This document shows, in pieces, positions 11,320 to 23,464 of a DNA stretch of 64,000 nt. The stretch comes from Mobula hypostoma (lineage: Eukaryota). How positions within the stretch are numbered: position 1 is the stretch's first letter; each line of letters starts with the position of its first letter. The stretch spans positions 24,988,001-25,052,000 of the forward strand of contig NC_086118.1 in assembly GCF_963921235.1 (NCBI RefSeq), in the 5' to 3' direction. The notes under the pieces were generated by a model. It was not told the DNA's origin, made no database searches, and was given only the letters and a program-made list of their open reading frames with translations. The translations under genes were made by a program, and so were the position numbers.

Positions 11320-13210
11320 TTCAAAGTAAAATTTATTATCAGAGTACATACCTGCACCAGGTACAACTGTAAGATTCTTTTTTCTGCAGACACATTTAAG
11401 GGCATTGGTGGACTTAGCACAACTATAGAAAAGTAACTGTAAACAGGATCTGTAAACAGTAAACATCAGGAACTGAAAACTGTAAACTGTGCAAATGCAG
11501 ATAATAAATAACTAGCAATAAATAATGAGCATGAAATAACAAGATAAGAGTCCTTAAATGAGTGTAGTTGTCCCCTTTTGTTCAAGAGCTTGATGGTTGA
11601 GGGGTAGTACCTGTTCTTGAACCTGGTGGTATGAGCCCTGAGGCTCTTGTACTTCCCACCTGATGCTAGCAGTGAGAACAAAGCATGGCCTGGTTGGTGA
11701 GGATCTTTGATGATGGATGTTGCTTTCCTACAGCAGTGTTTCATGTAGATGTGCTCATTGGTTGGGAAGGTTTTACCTGTGATGTACCAGGCCAAATCCA
11801 CTACCTTTTGTAGGATTTTCCACTCAAAGGCATTGGTGTTCCCATACCAGGCCGTAATGCAGCCAGTCAGCATACTTTCTACCATACATCTATAGATGTT
11901 TGCCAAGGTTTTTGATGACATGCCGAATCTCTGCAGATTCCTGAGGAAGTAGAGGCACTGTCGTGCTTTCTTCACAATTATATTTATATGATGGATCCAC
12001 GACATGTCAGAGGAGGTTTGCTGGCCTTTATTAGTTAGAGCATTGAGTACAGGAGTTGGGATGTAATGTTGAACTTGTATAAGGCATTGGTAAGGCCAAA
12101 TCTGGATTATTGTGTACAGTTCTGGTCACCAAATTATAGGAAGGATGTCAATAAAATTGAGAGAGTACAGAGGAGGTTTACTAAAATGTTGCCTGGGTTT
12201 CATCTCCTAAGTTACAGAGAAAGGTTGAACAAGTTAGGCCTTTATTCTTTGGAGTGTAGAAGGTTGAGGGGAGACTTGATAGAGGTGTTTAAAATTATGA
12301 GGGGGGTTGATAGAGTTGACGTAGTTAGACTTTTTCCATTGAGAGTGGGGAAGATTCAAACAAGAGGGCATGGGTTGAGAATTAGAGGACAAAAGTTTAG
12401 GGGTAACATGAGGGGGAACTTCTTTACTCAGAGAGTGGTAGCTGTGTGGAATGAGCTTCCAGCAGAAGTGGTTGAGGCAGATTCTATGTTGTCATTTAAA
12501 GTTAAATTGGATAGATATATGGACAGGAAAGGAATGGAGCATTATGGGCTGAGTGCAGGTCGGTGGGAATAGGATAGAGTAAGAGTTCGGCACGGACTAG
12601 AAGGGCCGAGATGGCCTGTTTCCGTTCTGTAATTGTTATACGGTTATATGTCCTCAGAGACAGTGACACCCAGGAATTTAAAATTACTGACCCTCTCCAG
12701 CTCCGAACCTGTGATTAGTACTGGCTCATGGACCTCTGGTTTCCCTCTCCTGAAGTCTACTATCAATTCCTTGGTCTTATTGACACTGAGTGATAGGTTG
12801 TTGTTATTACACTACTCAGCCAAGTTTTCAATCTCCCTCCTGTATGCTGATTCATCGCCACCTTTGATACAGCCCACAACAGCTGTGTCATCAGCAAACT
12901 TGTATGTGGTGTTGGAGTTGTACTTATCCATACAGTCATAGGTGTAAAGTGAGTAGAGCAGGGGGCCAAGTACACATCTCTGTGGTGCTCCAGTACTGAT
13001 GGAGATTGTGGAGATGTTTTTGCCAATCCAAACTGACTGGGGTCGACAAGTGAGGGAATCCAGGATCTAATCGCACAAGGGGGTATTGAGGCCCAGGTCT
13101 TGGAGTTTACTGATTAATTTAGAGGCAATGGTGATGTTGATAAAGAGCATCCTGATGTGAGCATCTTTGCTGTCCAGATGTTCCCGGGTTGTGTGAAGAG
13201 CCAACAAGAT
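11320..13210 (-). mobile_element. Rex1/Babar-type LINE (RT 3' half), split by a CR1 insertion
   Basis: ORFs 11466-12005 (KKARQCLYFLRNLQRFG...CITAWYGN) and 13067-13351 (LALHTTREHLDSKDAHIRMLF), plus the KFADDTAVVG RT motif near 12890. Confidence 0.93.
12009..12647 (+). mobile_element. Young CR1 LINE 3' fragment with 5-bp TSD
   Basis: Uninterrupted ORF 12066-12572 (LYKALVRPNLDYCVQFWSP...). TSD atgtc at 12004-12008 and 12648-12652. Confidence 0.95.
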
Positions 13211-13625
13211 AACCGTTCTACTGCAGCTGATATCCCCTTTGGTACAAGAGTCTGATGGTTGAGGGGTAAAAGTAACTATTTCTGAACCTAGTGGTGTGAG
13301 TACTGAAGCTTCTGTACCTGCTTCCTGATGATAACAGCAAGAAGAGAGCATGTTCTAGGTGGTGGGGGTCGCTGATGATGGATGCTGCTTTCCTGCAACA
13401 ACGTTGCATGTGGATGTGCTCAATGGTGACGCGGGCTTTCCCTCGATGAACCGGGCCATGTCCACTACTTTTTGTAGGATTTTCCATTCAAGGGCATTGG
13501 TGTTTCCACACCAGGCTGTAATACAGCCAGTCAATATACTCTGCACCACACTTCTATGGAAAGTTGTCTGAGTTTTAGATATCATGCCAAATCTTTGCAA
13601 ACTCTTAAGGAACCAGAGGAGAGGA
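13211..13625 (-). mobile_element. Second Rex1-type LINE 3' fragment
   Basis: FLKSLQRFG...ILTGCITAWCGN and RKAASIISDPHH motifs, duplicating the region already present at 11466-12005. Confidence 0.85.
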
Positions 13626-14649
13626 TGGTATTTTTTACCCAGAATACATGGTGCAGAGAACATTTCTGGGTTAACTGGCTTTCATATGCAAAGTTGGACC
13701 AGGCAACTCTACGCACTATTCACATCAGTCCACTTGATGTTTTGTGGTGTCATTTAGTTAACAATTTATGCCATCTGTTCATGCACATCGCCAGGCTGTT
13801 TTAACATAAAATGGAGCAGGAAGCTATTGAAATTTCCATTGAGCAAGGAGTGCATCACACGAGTATGTGTATTTTCTTGCTATTTTGATTTTTTTTGATA
13901 CTCCACTAACATTGGAGACCTGACTGAGAAGCTTCAGCAAGTTATTCAGGCAATTTTCAAAGTCCACAGAGGTGTGCTGCCTGCAACTTCATTGCTAGAG
14001 GTGTTATGGGTTAGGGGGTCTCAATATTTGAGACAAGGACATTCCCACCAGCACAGAGCCTATTTCTAGAGAGGTCTCTGATCAACTATGTCTTGTATAA
14101 GCTCAGGTTTTTGAAGGCTGACATTAAGGAGATGTACAGTACTGTGCAGAAGTCGGAGGCACCAGTATATCGCTAGGATGCAGAAAGTATTTGTCAATGC
14201 GGAACAGAGAGTGAGTTTGTAAATCTGGCGGAAGCGAAGGATATTGGGAATGGTAAGGGTGGAGTCCTGTGGGAGGAGTGTGGGCCAGGTGGCAAAGAAG
14301 GAGTATAGGGGTTGACGTGGGTGCAGACACACCCAGCCCTGAGACACCAGGCAAGGTGATTTGATTCCGAACAACTGGTTTATTGATCATTACAGAATGT
14401 CACTCTGGTGCTTCCCACTCTCCCCCCCCCCACCCCTTCCCCTTTTCCCAGCCAGAATTCCCCTCTTCTTGTCCCCTTCCCACTCTCATTCCACAATAGA
14501 GAGCCACATCAGATTCAGGTTTATCATCACTCACGTATGTCATGTGTTTTTTTTCCAGCAGTAGTACAGTTCAATGCATAGCATTACTACAGTACTGTGT
14601 AAAAATCTGAGGCACCCTAGGTTGTTGTATATATTATGTACGTATGTGC

Positions 14650-16528
14650 ATATGGTATGTTATGCAGGACTAGGTGTTAATATCTCTTATTTGCACTCCT
14701 GAGACCTGCTGCCTAGACTCTGTGGGGTGGCCAAGTGAGTGGTGGTATCTTCTGGGTTATCAAGTGGGCAACCTTTATCTTCAGTGTTTCGCTGATAGAC
14801 CCACGACACCTCCGGAGGGTTCAGCAGTGAGTCCTGGCGTCCCGGGCTCACCCCCTAGATGCCTTTCACTCACTTGGGGGCCCAGATGGAATCCTTTCTC
14901 TTCATCCAGAGCCACTGACTGCCCTTTTCGGCAGCTCTGGAGAGGTCTTTGACTGCTTGTCGGTGTGTCTTCCCTCACACTCCCAACTCCGGGAGTAGCC
15001 TTGATGTTGATGTGGCTACAAATCCTCTGCAGCCTACTTCGACCGGTCGGACCCTTGCTTTCCAGCCACGTTGTTATGCATCGGCTGCAAGCTCAGCGTA
15101 CTGCAGCTTCTTGCGCTCGTCGGCCTCCTCCACTGCATCCTCCCAGGGCACTGTAAGCTCGATGATATAAACGAGATGGAGTGAGGCCCACCATATTACA
15201 AGGCCTGGTCTGAGGTTGGTTTCCGCAAATTCAGTCGGGAAGCAGAGCCTCTGGCCTAACTCTGCCACCATCTTCTAATCACATGCCCCGCCTAGCCGCC
15301 GGTGTCTGGTCTCAATGTAACAAGCCTTCCCGGACAAATGCTTTTAACGGCCAGCGGGATGAAGGGGGAGGGAGAGCGTTGACGCTCATCCGCCGACTTT
15401 CCAGCACTGCTGCAAAACACTGTAGCACCTGGTTGTGCCGCCAGGTGTATCAGCCTCGAGTAAGGCTGGTCTTGCAGTCCACCAGAATGAGCTTTAGTGT
15501 TGCTGAAGTCTGGCAGAGGGAGCATGTGGTGTCCTCTCCATAACACTGGCTGAGATTCATGGCAAGACATTGTGGCAGCCCTGATGGTGAAGCTCGCTCT
15601 GAATGTTCCCATCTCCCACAGCTCTTTCCAGGAGATGTTTCTTTTCTCCACTCCCTCCCATCTCATCCATTGCCCCTGCCTTGCCTGAGCGACGGCCTTA
15701 CTGCCTCCTCCTGCCGATGTATCTCCTGTGTCACGAGCCTGCGTCTCTGAGGCGGAGCAGCCTTGTTCCAGGCTGGTGTACTGTCCCCAAGGCCAAGACC
15801 ACTCCTCCCTTGCTGCATCGGCCCACGATGTCCCTGTGCTCGAGTTCCGCCTTTGCTTGTTCAGTTGCTTCTGATGGAGTCCATTTCCTCCCGATATCCA
15901 GGACGAGGGCAGCTTGTGCTACAAATGGATCATTCGCCTCTGTTAACATCATCTCCAGTCTTACTTTGGCACAGTTGTACTCCTCTGAAAGACTGGAAAT
16001 GGGTAGCTCTAGGACTCCTTTGCCATCGAGCCCTATGCTGCTGAGGCACCTGGGAAGACCAGGCCACTTCCTTACGTATGAGCTGATCAGTCTCTCCAGC
16101 TTTTCCACCTTCGAGGTTGGAACTTCATACAGGGTTACTGGCCACATGAGGTGTGGAAGGAGCCCAAACTGCATACACCAGAGCTTCAACTTGCCTGGGT
16201 GTGTGGTTCTGTCGATGCTCTCGAGGCCACTAATGGCATCTTTCCTGAGCAGATCTACCTGCTCTGTGTCTTTGAGGGATGCGTTATACCACCGACCTAG
16301 GCTCTTCACAGGCTTCTCGAAGACTGTTGGAATCATCTCATCGCCCATGTAGAAGCGTTGGTCTACCAGCTTCCCCTTGATGATAGAGATGCTTTGGGAC
16401 TTGCTCAGCTTGATCTTCAGCCGAACCTGCTCGATGTTCTCTTGAAGCTTTCTCAACAGGCGTACAGTACAAGCCTTGGTCATGGTGAGTGTTGTGAGAT
16501 TGTCCATCTATGCTCTGATAGGCGGCAG
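14650..16528 (-). mobile_element. Hero/NeSL-like non-LTR retrotransposon (RT, CCHC zinc knuckle, restriction-like endonuclease), 5'-truncated and frameshifted
   Basis: LPPIRA*MDNLTTLT (cf. YMDD), EKPVKSLGRWY, CSLC..TL..IL..C...YTWRHNQVL, LRPGLVIW...IIELTVPWE...ERKKLQY...VEVGCRGF. Confidence 0.9.
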
Positions 16529-16814
16529 AAAGAGATGAGTTATTAACTTCAAACTTCCGGCATAATCACTCAAAGAGTTGAACTGCATGTGCTTGTAACG
16601 AGAGCTGTATAACTCATCTCTTTCTACCTTAGGCCACAAACTTATCAATCACCCCTGCTGTGGGCATTTTCTGGAGGTCCAAGATCCATATGCTCCCTGA
16701 CCGCTGGACTAAGTGTGTAAATGTAGGAGGGGACTATGTTGAAAAATAAATGTGCTAGGTTTTCTAAAATTGACTCCCTCTACCTTAGGCCACAAAATTA
16801 TCAATCACCCCTCG
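16525..16814 (+). mobile_element. Mariner-derived MITE, left TIR partly lost
   Basis: Right TIR ctaccttaggccacaaa-ttatcaatcacccctcg|TA, also present internally at ~16624-16656. Encodes the mariner C-terminus LPDRWTKCVNVGGDYVEK*. Confidence 0.85.
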
Positions 16815-16816
16815 TA

Positions 16817-16874
16817 TATGTGTGTGTGTGTGTGTGTGTGTGTATGTATATATTCATACACACACACACACACA
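16817..16874. repeat. (TG)n followed by (CA)n microsatellite, self-complementary
   Basis: Directly visible. Confidence 0.95.
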
Positions 16875-17457
16875 AATATATAATAAGATTTTTGCACAGT
16901 ACTGTATCACATGGGAAGATCTTTGATCCAACTCTTGTGCCTGCTCTGCTCTCTTGATGCAGGTCATAGTAACATTTGCTCTTAAGAATCCTTCTAAATG
17001 GCCATAACAGATCCCTGCCCTTCCTTTCAATTCGCTGCCTATGTAAGTGAAATCACCTTGGCACTATGTTTGTGAAGAAATGGTTTTGTGTATTTTGACT
17101 GCTGGCATCTTGTGCAATGAGCCTGCCTTCTCATGAGCACAAGCAGCCGTTGTCTGCTGTCACGTGTCCGTAAGGGATCGTAAGGGAACCTTTTTCTGAA
17201 CAGAGAAGTTTTCCATTGCTCAATGTACCAGTCATTGGAGGTCATGTGAATGCCATTTTTTTGGATATTGCATGACCCCTTTATCCTGAGTGATTTTGTG
17301 TTGTCCTGTCCAGAGAGCTGGATCCTAGAGAGTGACAGCTATTTTTATTTACTGGCACCTCACACTGAGCTGAGCACAGATACACCAAAGGCAACACTAG
17401 GACCAGGAGAGCACTGCATAAAAATCTATTGCACCCAGCAGTACAAGCGAGCAGATG

Positions 17458-17471
17458 CAGTGACGTCACTG
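17458..17471. promoter_or_regulatory. Full CRE (TGACGTCA) in a perfect 14-bp palindrome
   Basis: cagtgacgtcactg in non-repeat, locally GC/CpG-richer sequence. Function not shown. Confidence 0.35.
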
Positions 17472-17530
17472 GCGTTCTCCAGCTAACCAGAATCATCAGC
17501 CACTGCCAGAGGCAGAGCTGCAAAGGGACC

Positions 17531-17570
17531 TGGGGCTGAGAGTCGTGAGGTGGGGCTGAGAGTCGTGAGG
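17531..17570. repeat. Perfect 20-bp tandem duplication
   Basis: tggggctgagagtcgtgagg x2. Confidence 0.95.
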
Positions 17571-18424
17571 TGGAGCCTGGAGAGCAGGAGGAAGGAGAAC
17601 GCTAGCGGGGGATGACCCCGCTTAGCAGCTACCACTTCATTTGCCAGCTGAAGAGTGGAGACAATCAATTTGAAGTTATAGAAAAATAAATTGGCTCTTT
17701 CCCTGTGAAAGCAGCTTTAAGTTTGATTTATTTTTGAAGTTTGCTGTAACTCCTGCACTTAAAGATGGCCGTGGTTTCGAGTGCTACAACATGTCACCAC
17801 ATTCCCACTAAACATTGATTACTTATTTCAAATGTAGCTCTGTCGTCCAACCTTTAGTCTCTCTTTGTGATATTTCTTTTAAATCCTCTGAACACTCAAT
17901 CCTGCCTTCCTTCCCTCTCCTGCTGAGGTCTCAACTTCTCTTCCCTTCAATACTTCCCTCCCAATCCTTTGTCTCACTTCGCAACATTTTCCATATATAA
18001 AGAAGGTAGTCATCCGAAATCTGGTATGCAAATCTGCCTGTGTCTTTAATATTTATTTATGGAAAGATAGTGGTAAAAAGTCTGAAGTTGATGGTACTGC
18101 TGACTCTGCTTACTGTGGTGTATGACAATCTACCCACAATGTATTATTTTATTCCAGCAATGGATACTGTCTAATCCCATTGGTATAAACACCACATACA
18201 GCTTCTCTCCCATAAGTAAGTAGTACTAGCTATGACCTGTGTGGTTGGGATATGTAAGTACTTTCATCCGTGATCCCCTTTTCAATGCATAGTCTATTAT
18301 GTGCTTGGTGAGGTACTGCTTCACAACCAAAAGGAGGTGTAACTTTGTACAGTATGTAATCGCATTGGAGCAGATGTTCATTGCCCCCCCCCACCCCTTG
18401 CCCCAGTACTGATGGTAAGCCTTT

Positions 18425-18710
18425 CTTTATTTATTGAGATGCAGTGTAGAATAGGCTTTTCCGGCCCTTCGAGCCTCGTCACCCAGCAATCCCCTGATGT
18501 AACCCTAGGCTAATCGCAAGATAATTTACAACAACCAATTAACCTACCAACTGGTACGTCTTTGGACTGTGGGAGGAAACCAGAGCACCCGGGAGAAACC
18601 CACGCAGTCGTGGGGAGAACATACAAGCTCTTTACAGGCAAAGGCGGGAATTGAACCCAGGTTACTGGTACTGTAATGCATCATGCTGACCACTAAAGTA
18701 GAGTGCCACC
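18425..18710 (-). mobile_element. tRNA-derived SINE (V-SINE/HE1-like)
   Basis: B-box GGTTCAATTCC on the minus strand near 18650, and the conserved core tctttggactgtgggaggaaacc. Confidence 0.9.
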
Positions 18711-18719
18711 CTATGTGTA

Positions 18720-18985
18720 CTTATTGCAGTTCACGAAGCCATTTAGCCCATTAGGTGCATGCCAGATTCCATTAGAGGAATCCCATCATTCCCATTCCCT
18801 CTCTTCATTGTTCCCTATACACAAGTTATTCTTTCTTACAAGTTCATTTAACTCCTTTTTGATGTGCTCGCTAGTTAACAATATTACGGGTCAGTTACAA
18901 AGGGGAATTTTGCAATAGCCAATTAACCAGCCAGCAGATCTTTAGAGTCTGGAGGGAAATCCAGAGCACCATGCAGCAACCCACC
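18720..18985 (-). mobile_element. Degraded SINE of the same superfamily
   Basis: ccaattaacc...tcttt-gag-tggagggaaa-ccagagcacc core. Confidence 0.6.
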
Positions 18986-20629
18986 CATCATGGTTCCATC
19001 CTTGGTTTCCAGCACTGCATTGACTTTGGTCAATGGTGGCACCTCCCACCATTTCCATCAGCTCCAGCTGCTTCTGTGCGACTTCTGTGTGGATGTGGTC
19101 ATTCTGCTGATTATGCATTATCATGAGAGACGCTGTCCTCAAATATTTGTCTGACTTCAAATAACTCTGCCTTCGCTCACAGTTGCAATATGACAGCTGA
19201 ACAAATCTCTCTGTGGAAGCCACACCATAACTGTCAGCAAGACGTGGGGACAAATGACCAGTGATTTTTGGGGCAATGGAAGATCTGGCCTAGTAATGCA
19301 GGACAACAATAAACATTGAGAATCTACTGAAACCCGCATCAGCATTTCTATATATGTGGTCAATTTGCTGAGTGTATGTTATACTAGACACGTTGTAATA
19401 TTATTTGAGGCACTGTGTATTATTTCATACAAATCTGCCTTGATCCACAGCTGCTATAATATGTAACAGCTAAACAAATCTCCCACTGGAAGAATCATTT
19501 CCCTTACTTAAGGATTTTTTGGGGAGAGCAGAGATAATTCTTGTCTCCATAATTTTCCATTTCATGTCTTGACCGTTTTACCCCTGAACTCTGGATTAGC
19601 AATTAGAGCTCAAAACAAAGTCCACAGCTATGCATGATACTGATATCCATGCTAAAACATATAATGAAAAGCAGATTGTTGTGAGATTTTTTTTTAGTGG
19701 AAGCTCCATTGCCACAGAATATCTATGTGCACATGATTAGCATTTTTAATTATATGGAACGCAGCTACAAGGGACAATGGAACCTAAAAGCAGAGAGGGA
19801 GATAGAAGCAAAAACCTTGTCTGCATTTGGATACCAAGTGAAGAAACCTGCAGCACCAAAGAGCAGATAAAGATGGAAAGTGGCTTTTAGCTGAAGCAGG
19901 TTCCTTGGATTTAATATCCTCAGACTGTTTACAAGATTCCAACTTCATTTGTTTCATGATGCATTGGGTGGAAGGAAAACAGAACAGCAGGAACGAATTT
20001 ACTGAAGGTAAATTCTAAAAAAATACTATTATAATTAATATACCTGTCACAATGCATGCTGTTAAACAAGATGCACTGCAGTGGCTTCATGACCAGCACC
20101 TTCCTTCTAAGTATTTCTAACCATATGGAAGATGTATACTGGAAGTAAGATATTTATATAAAAAGAAGGAAGGAAATATTGGAAAGGTGGGTTTGGGGAT
20201 GCGGGCAGGGATGGGAACAGTAGGTTACAACGTAGGTTCCTGCTGGAAGCTGGTTAGCATTTTCAGGTGCCTAGATGAATGTCTGATCCCTCAGCAGAGA
20301 AGTAATGTTTGGTACCTGGGAGGTGAGAGCAAGTTTGAATTGCAAGCAGAACCTTGCAAAATATTACATTTACATCAATATTTTGGGCAAGCAAATTTCC
20401 TGGTGATGATGACAAATGAATTAAAATGTTAGCAGATGGAAATATCATCAGGCAGATGTGACTCTGATCAATTGCATTTCCATTCAGTCCTGGTCTGTTT
20501 CCACAGTTCTGCTAGGCAATTAATATTTCCCACAGACAAGCAACATCACGTGTGTCTGAACTCCTGCTGGAGTTTTCAGTGAAATACCGAATGTTCATGC
20601 ATTCCCTGTGCCATATGATTGATTTGACA

Positions 20630-20890
20630 GAGTTATAGAGTTGTTCAGCATAGAGACAGGCTCATCTGCCTACCATGTCCCTGCTGACATTTCTACCCAT
20701 CTGCATTAATCCTGTTTCCTTGCAGACCTTATCTTTCTGTACTCCCCCGCCCTGCTTATGTGTCTGTCTAAATGTTTAAACATAGTAATTGAATCTGATT
20801 TCACCACCTCTTCTAGTGGCATTTTGCATCACTCGCTCTAAAAAAAAACTAATCCCTAAATCCTCTTTAAATCTCCTATTTCTCACTTTA
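20630..20890 (-). mobile_element. Degraded CR1 3' tail
   Basis: cagcatagagacaggc...gaatctgatttcaccacctcttctagtggcatt resembles the other CR1 tails. Confidence 0.6.
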
Positions 20891-21049
20891 ATTGTAGTGA
20901 TAACAGATTGACAAAAGTCACAACAGGTACTTCCTTGTATAGCCAACTTCAGAATATTTGAAATACGGATTTTACAGGTTCCATCAGAATAAGGGTAGGT
21001 TATTATTACTGGTGGTGCACACTTCAGCCAAGCTGTCAGTGATGGTGAC

Positions 21050-21170
21050 AAGATTCAAGTACATTTATTATCAAAGGATGTATAAATTATACAACCTTGG
21101 GATTTGCTTGTTCACAGGTAGCCAAAAAGCAAGAAATGAACCCAGTTTTAAAAATAAATAAATTAATTAA
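21050..21170 (-). mobile_element. Rex1-type 3' tail fragment
   Basis: aagattcaagtacatttattatcaaag...tacaaccttgggatt. Confidence 0.55.
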
Positions 21171-23464
21171 CAATAAATGCCTTTACAAGCCTGACATTAC
21201 CATTCCGCAGTTGAGATGTTGCTAGGTAGATCATAAGGTAGGAAGATAAATCAGAAGGGGTTCATTAAATGAAGGTAGTCTGGTAATGCAAGTGGGGATC
21301 CTGAATGATAGAGATCAGGATTGGTTTTATGGTTCTTGATCCACCATCTGCCCACTTACTGGCCACGCAAGTGACAGACCTGTAGTTTCTTCGTGAGATG
21401 AAAAGCAACTTTCTGCTGTGCTGTCATTTGGTACTGTCCTGAAGTGCTTGTCAGGGTCCTGTGCGTGCTCTGCTATACTGACCTGCATTATTAATGGTTG
21501 CTAGATGGACTTTGTAGCAACCCACTGGTGAGCCCAAGGATTATTCCAATGCACATGGTAATAACTTCTCTGCTCAGCACTCGTAGAGTGTTACCTCATT
21601 ACTTCTGTTAACATGATCGCAAAGTCAAACACACAATGTCTTAATGTCAGGTCAGGGGTATTATTTCCATGATTTTATCCGGCAGAACATTATACAAAGG
21701 AATTTATAAAGGCAGAAGGTAGAATGTATAATTATACATGTTGCCTTAATCTCTGGGTGAATTAAACAGATTAATTAATTTTCTTTTAAGAACAATGGAA
21801 ATGGTATTTTAAATTTATGTTTAGACAAGAAGTCAGAGCAAATCATTTATTTCTATGTCTGAAATATTGAGAATTAGTAAATTTGTGTAAGCAAATACTT
21901 CTGTGAAATGTTAATACTGGGTTACAGGCAGCTGATAAGAAAAAAGTAAACAGCTTGATTTATAACTCCACTGTGTTTTATTTCCTTTACACTTCTGGTT
22001 TAAGACACTTCAGCACAAAGCAGGTGGGTGGAGCACACAGGATATTATGTTCTTTGGACAAGTCACTGTTTCCAGTGGGTGATGGAAACGATGCTCTACT
22101 TTGATGCGCCCTATGTTCAAAGATGTGTTTTAAATTGTACGTATGCTGTAGTCAGTATACTGGCTCAGATTTATGTGGAATCCAATAAGGGGACAATGTA
22201 GGCAAATCAGTTTGTTTTTCTGTCCGTGGTAGTTGATTAGTTTGCTCTTAATTACTGCCCAATGTCACATCAACACCTTGTCTTAAGATGGAAATGATAA
22301 AAAATTTATAGCCTGATGTTACAGATTTTAACAAAATGTAAATATATGGTCAGCACTTGGCGGTAATTTAGACTCCTTTTCAGCTTCTTTGTGTTTGATT
22401 TGTCTTATAGTTTCATCTGTTTGATTGATCCAATCATGTACAGTATGTGGTATAAAAATATGATAAAACTGATTCTGCTACATTGTTCCTACTTGAGATA
22501 ATATGCATTATAGAAGAAAGAACCTCATATGTAGGTTGAATGTTAGAAATAGTTCCTTAAATTTGTATTCTTGAATGAGAATATAAAATGTCTCTCATTG
22601 GTGATTGTAATCACAATTATTAGTGTAATTGTGAGAAGTGTAACTAGTGAGGTATTCAGAGTGAATTCACAGAACATCAATCCAATAATTTAATGTTTCA
22701 GAAAGCTACAACCTGTAAATTACTACCAAAGCCTGAAAGAAAACTACCTATTAATTTTTTTGAGTAAAGGATGCGAAATTCTGGAGTAAAATGTCACTCA
22801 TTGACTGGAGTGATACGGCTTGATACTTGAATGTGAAGTTCTGGCTGTTGTGCTCAGACATGGTCAGCAGTAGTTTCTCTAGGGATTGATCTGATCATCC
22901 AATACACTGTTAATGGGAGCTCAACTGAAAATCTGCAGGAAGAATAGTGCAGCTGTTTTCAGTTCAAACTCCATCGCCAGAGTTCACTCAAAATTAAAAA
23001 ATTGATTCATGATTGTTTAATGTCATTTTCAGTACGCAAGTGTAAAGGGGAACAAAATAATTGTTAATCCGGATCCAATGCAGCACAAAAGATAACCACA
23101 AGAGGACAAAGAACACAATAATAAGAAAACATAATAAATATAAATACATAAGTTAGCTTTATGCATAGATTGACTGTATGTCCAGGAAGTGATGTGTCAG
23201 TCCATAAGGTGACTGCCAGGAGGTGATAAAGTAGTGGTGGTTGAGGGAGTGGAAGGTTAGGTTGGTGGATGGAAGCTTTACTGCTTAGAGAAAATAACTG
23301 TTTTTGAGTCAGGTGATCCGGGTATGGCTACTACATAGCCTCCTCCCTGATGGGAGTGGGACCAACAGTCTATGAGCAGGATGAGTGGGATCCTTCATGA
23401 TGTTATTAGTCATTTTCCGGCACCTTTCTGTAGATTTGTAATTGATGGCGGGTAAGCTCATGCT

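Larger units (their letters stand above)
14137..16904. mobile_element. Composite Tc1-like non-autonomous element (CAGTACTGTGCAAAA TIRs) hosting nested inserts
   Basis: TA|cagtactgtgcagaagtc at 14137, TA|cagtactgtgtaaaaatc at 14590, and inverted gatttttgcacagtactg|TA ending at 16904. Confidence 0.7.

Noticed and set aside
11466..12005. Host gene (ALKBH8-N/DUF1891-like domain)
   Set aside because: This is the Rex1-type LINE ORF C-terminus, present in many decayed copies in the window.
15603..16352. 249-aa plus-strand ORF
   Set aside because: It is the antisense shadow of the Hero-like RT ORF.
18640..18710. tRNA gene
   Set aside because: The A/B boxes belong to a SINE head followed by a SINE core, and there is no complete cloverleaf.
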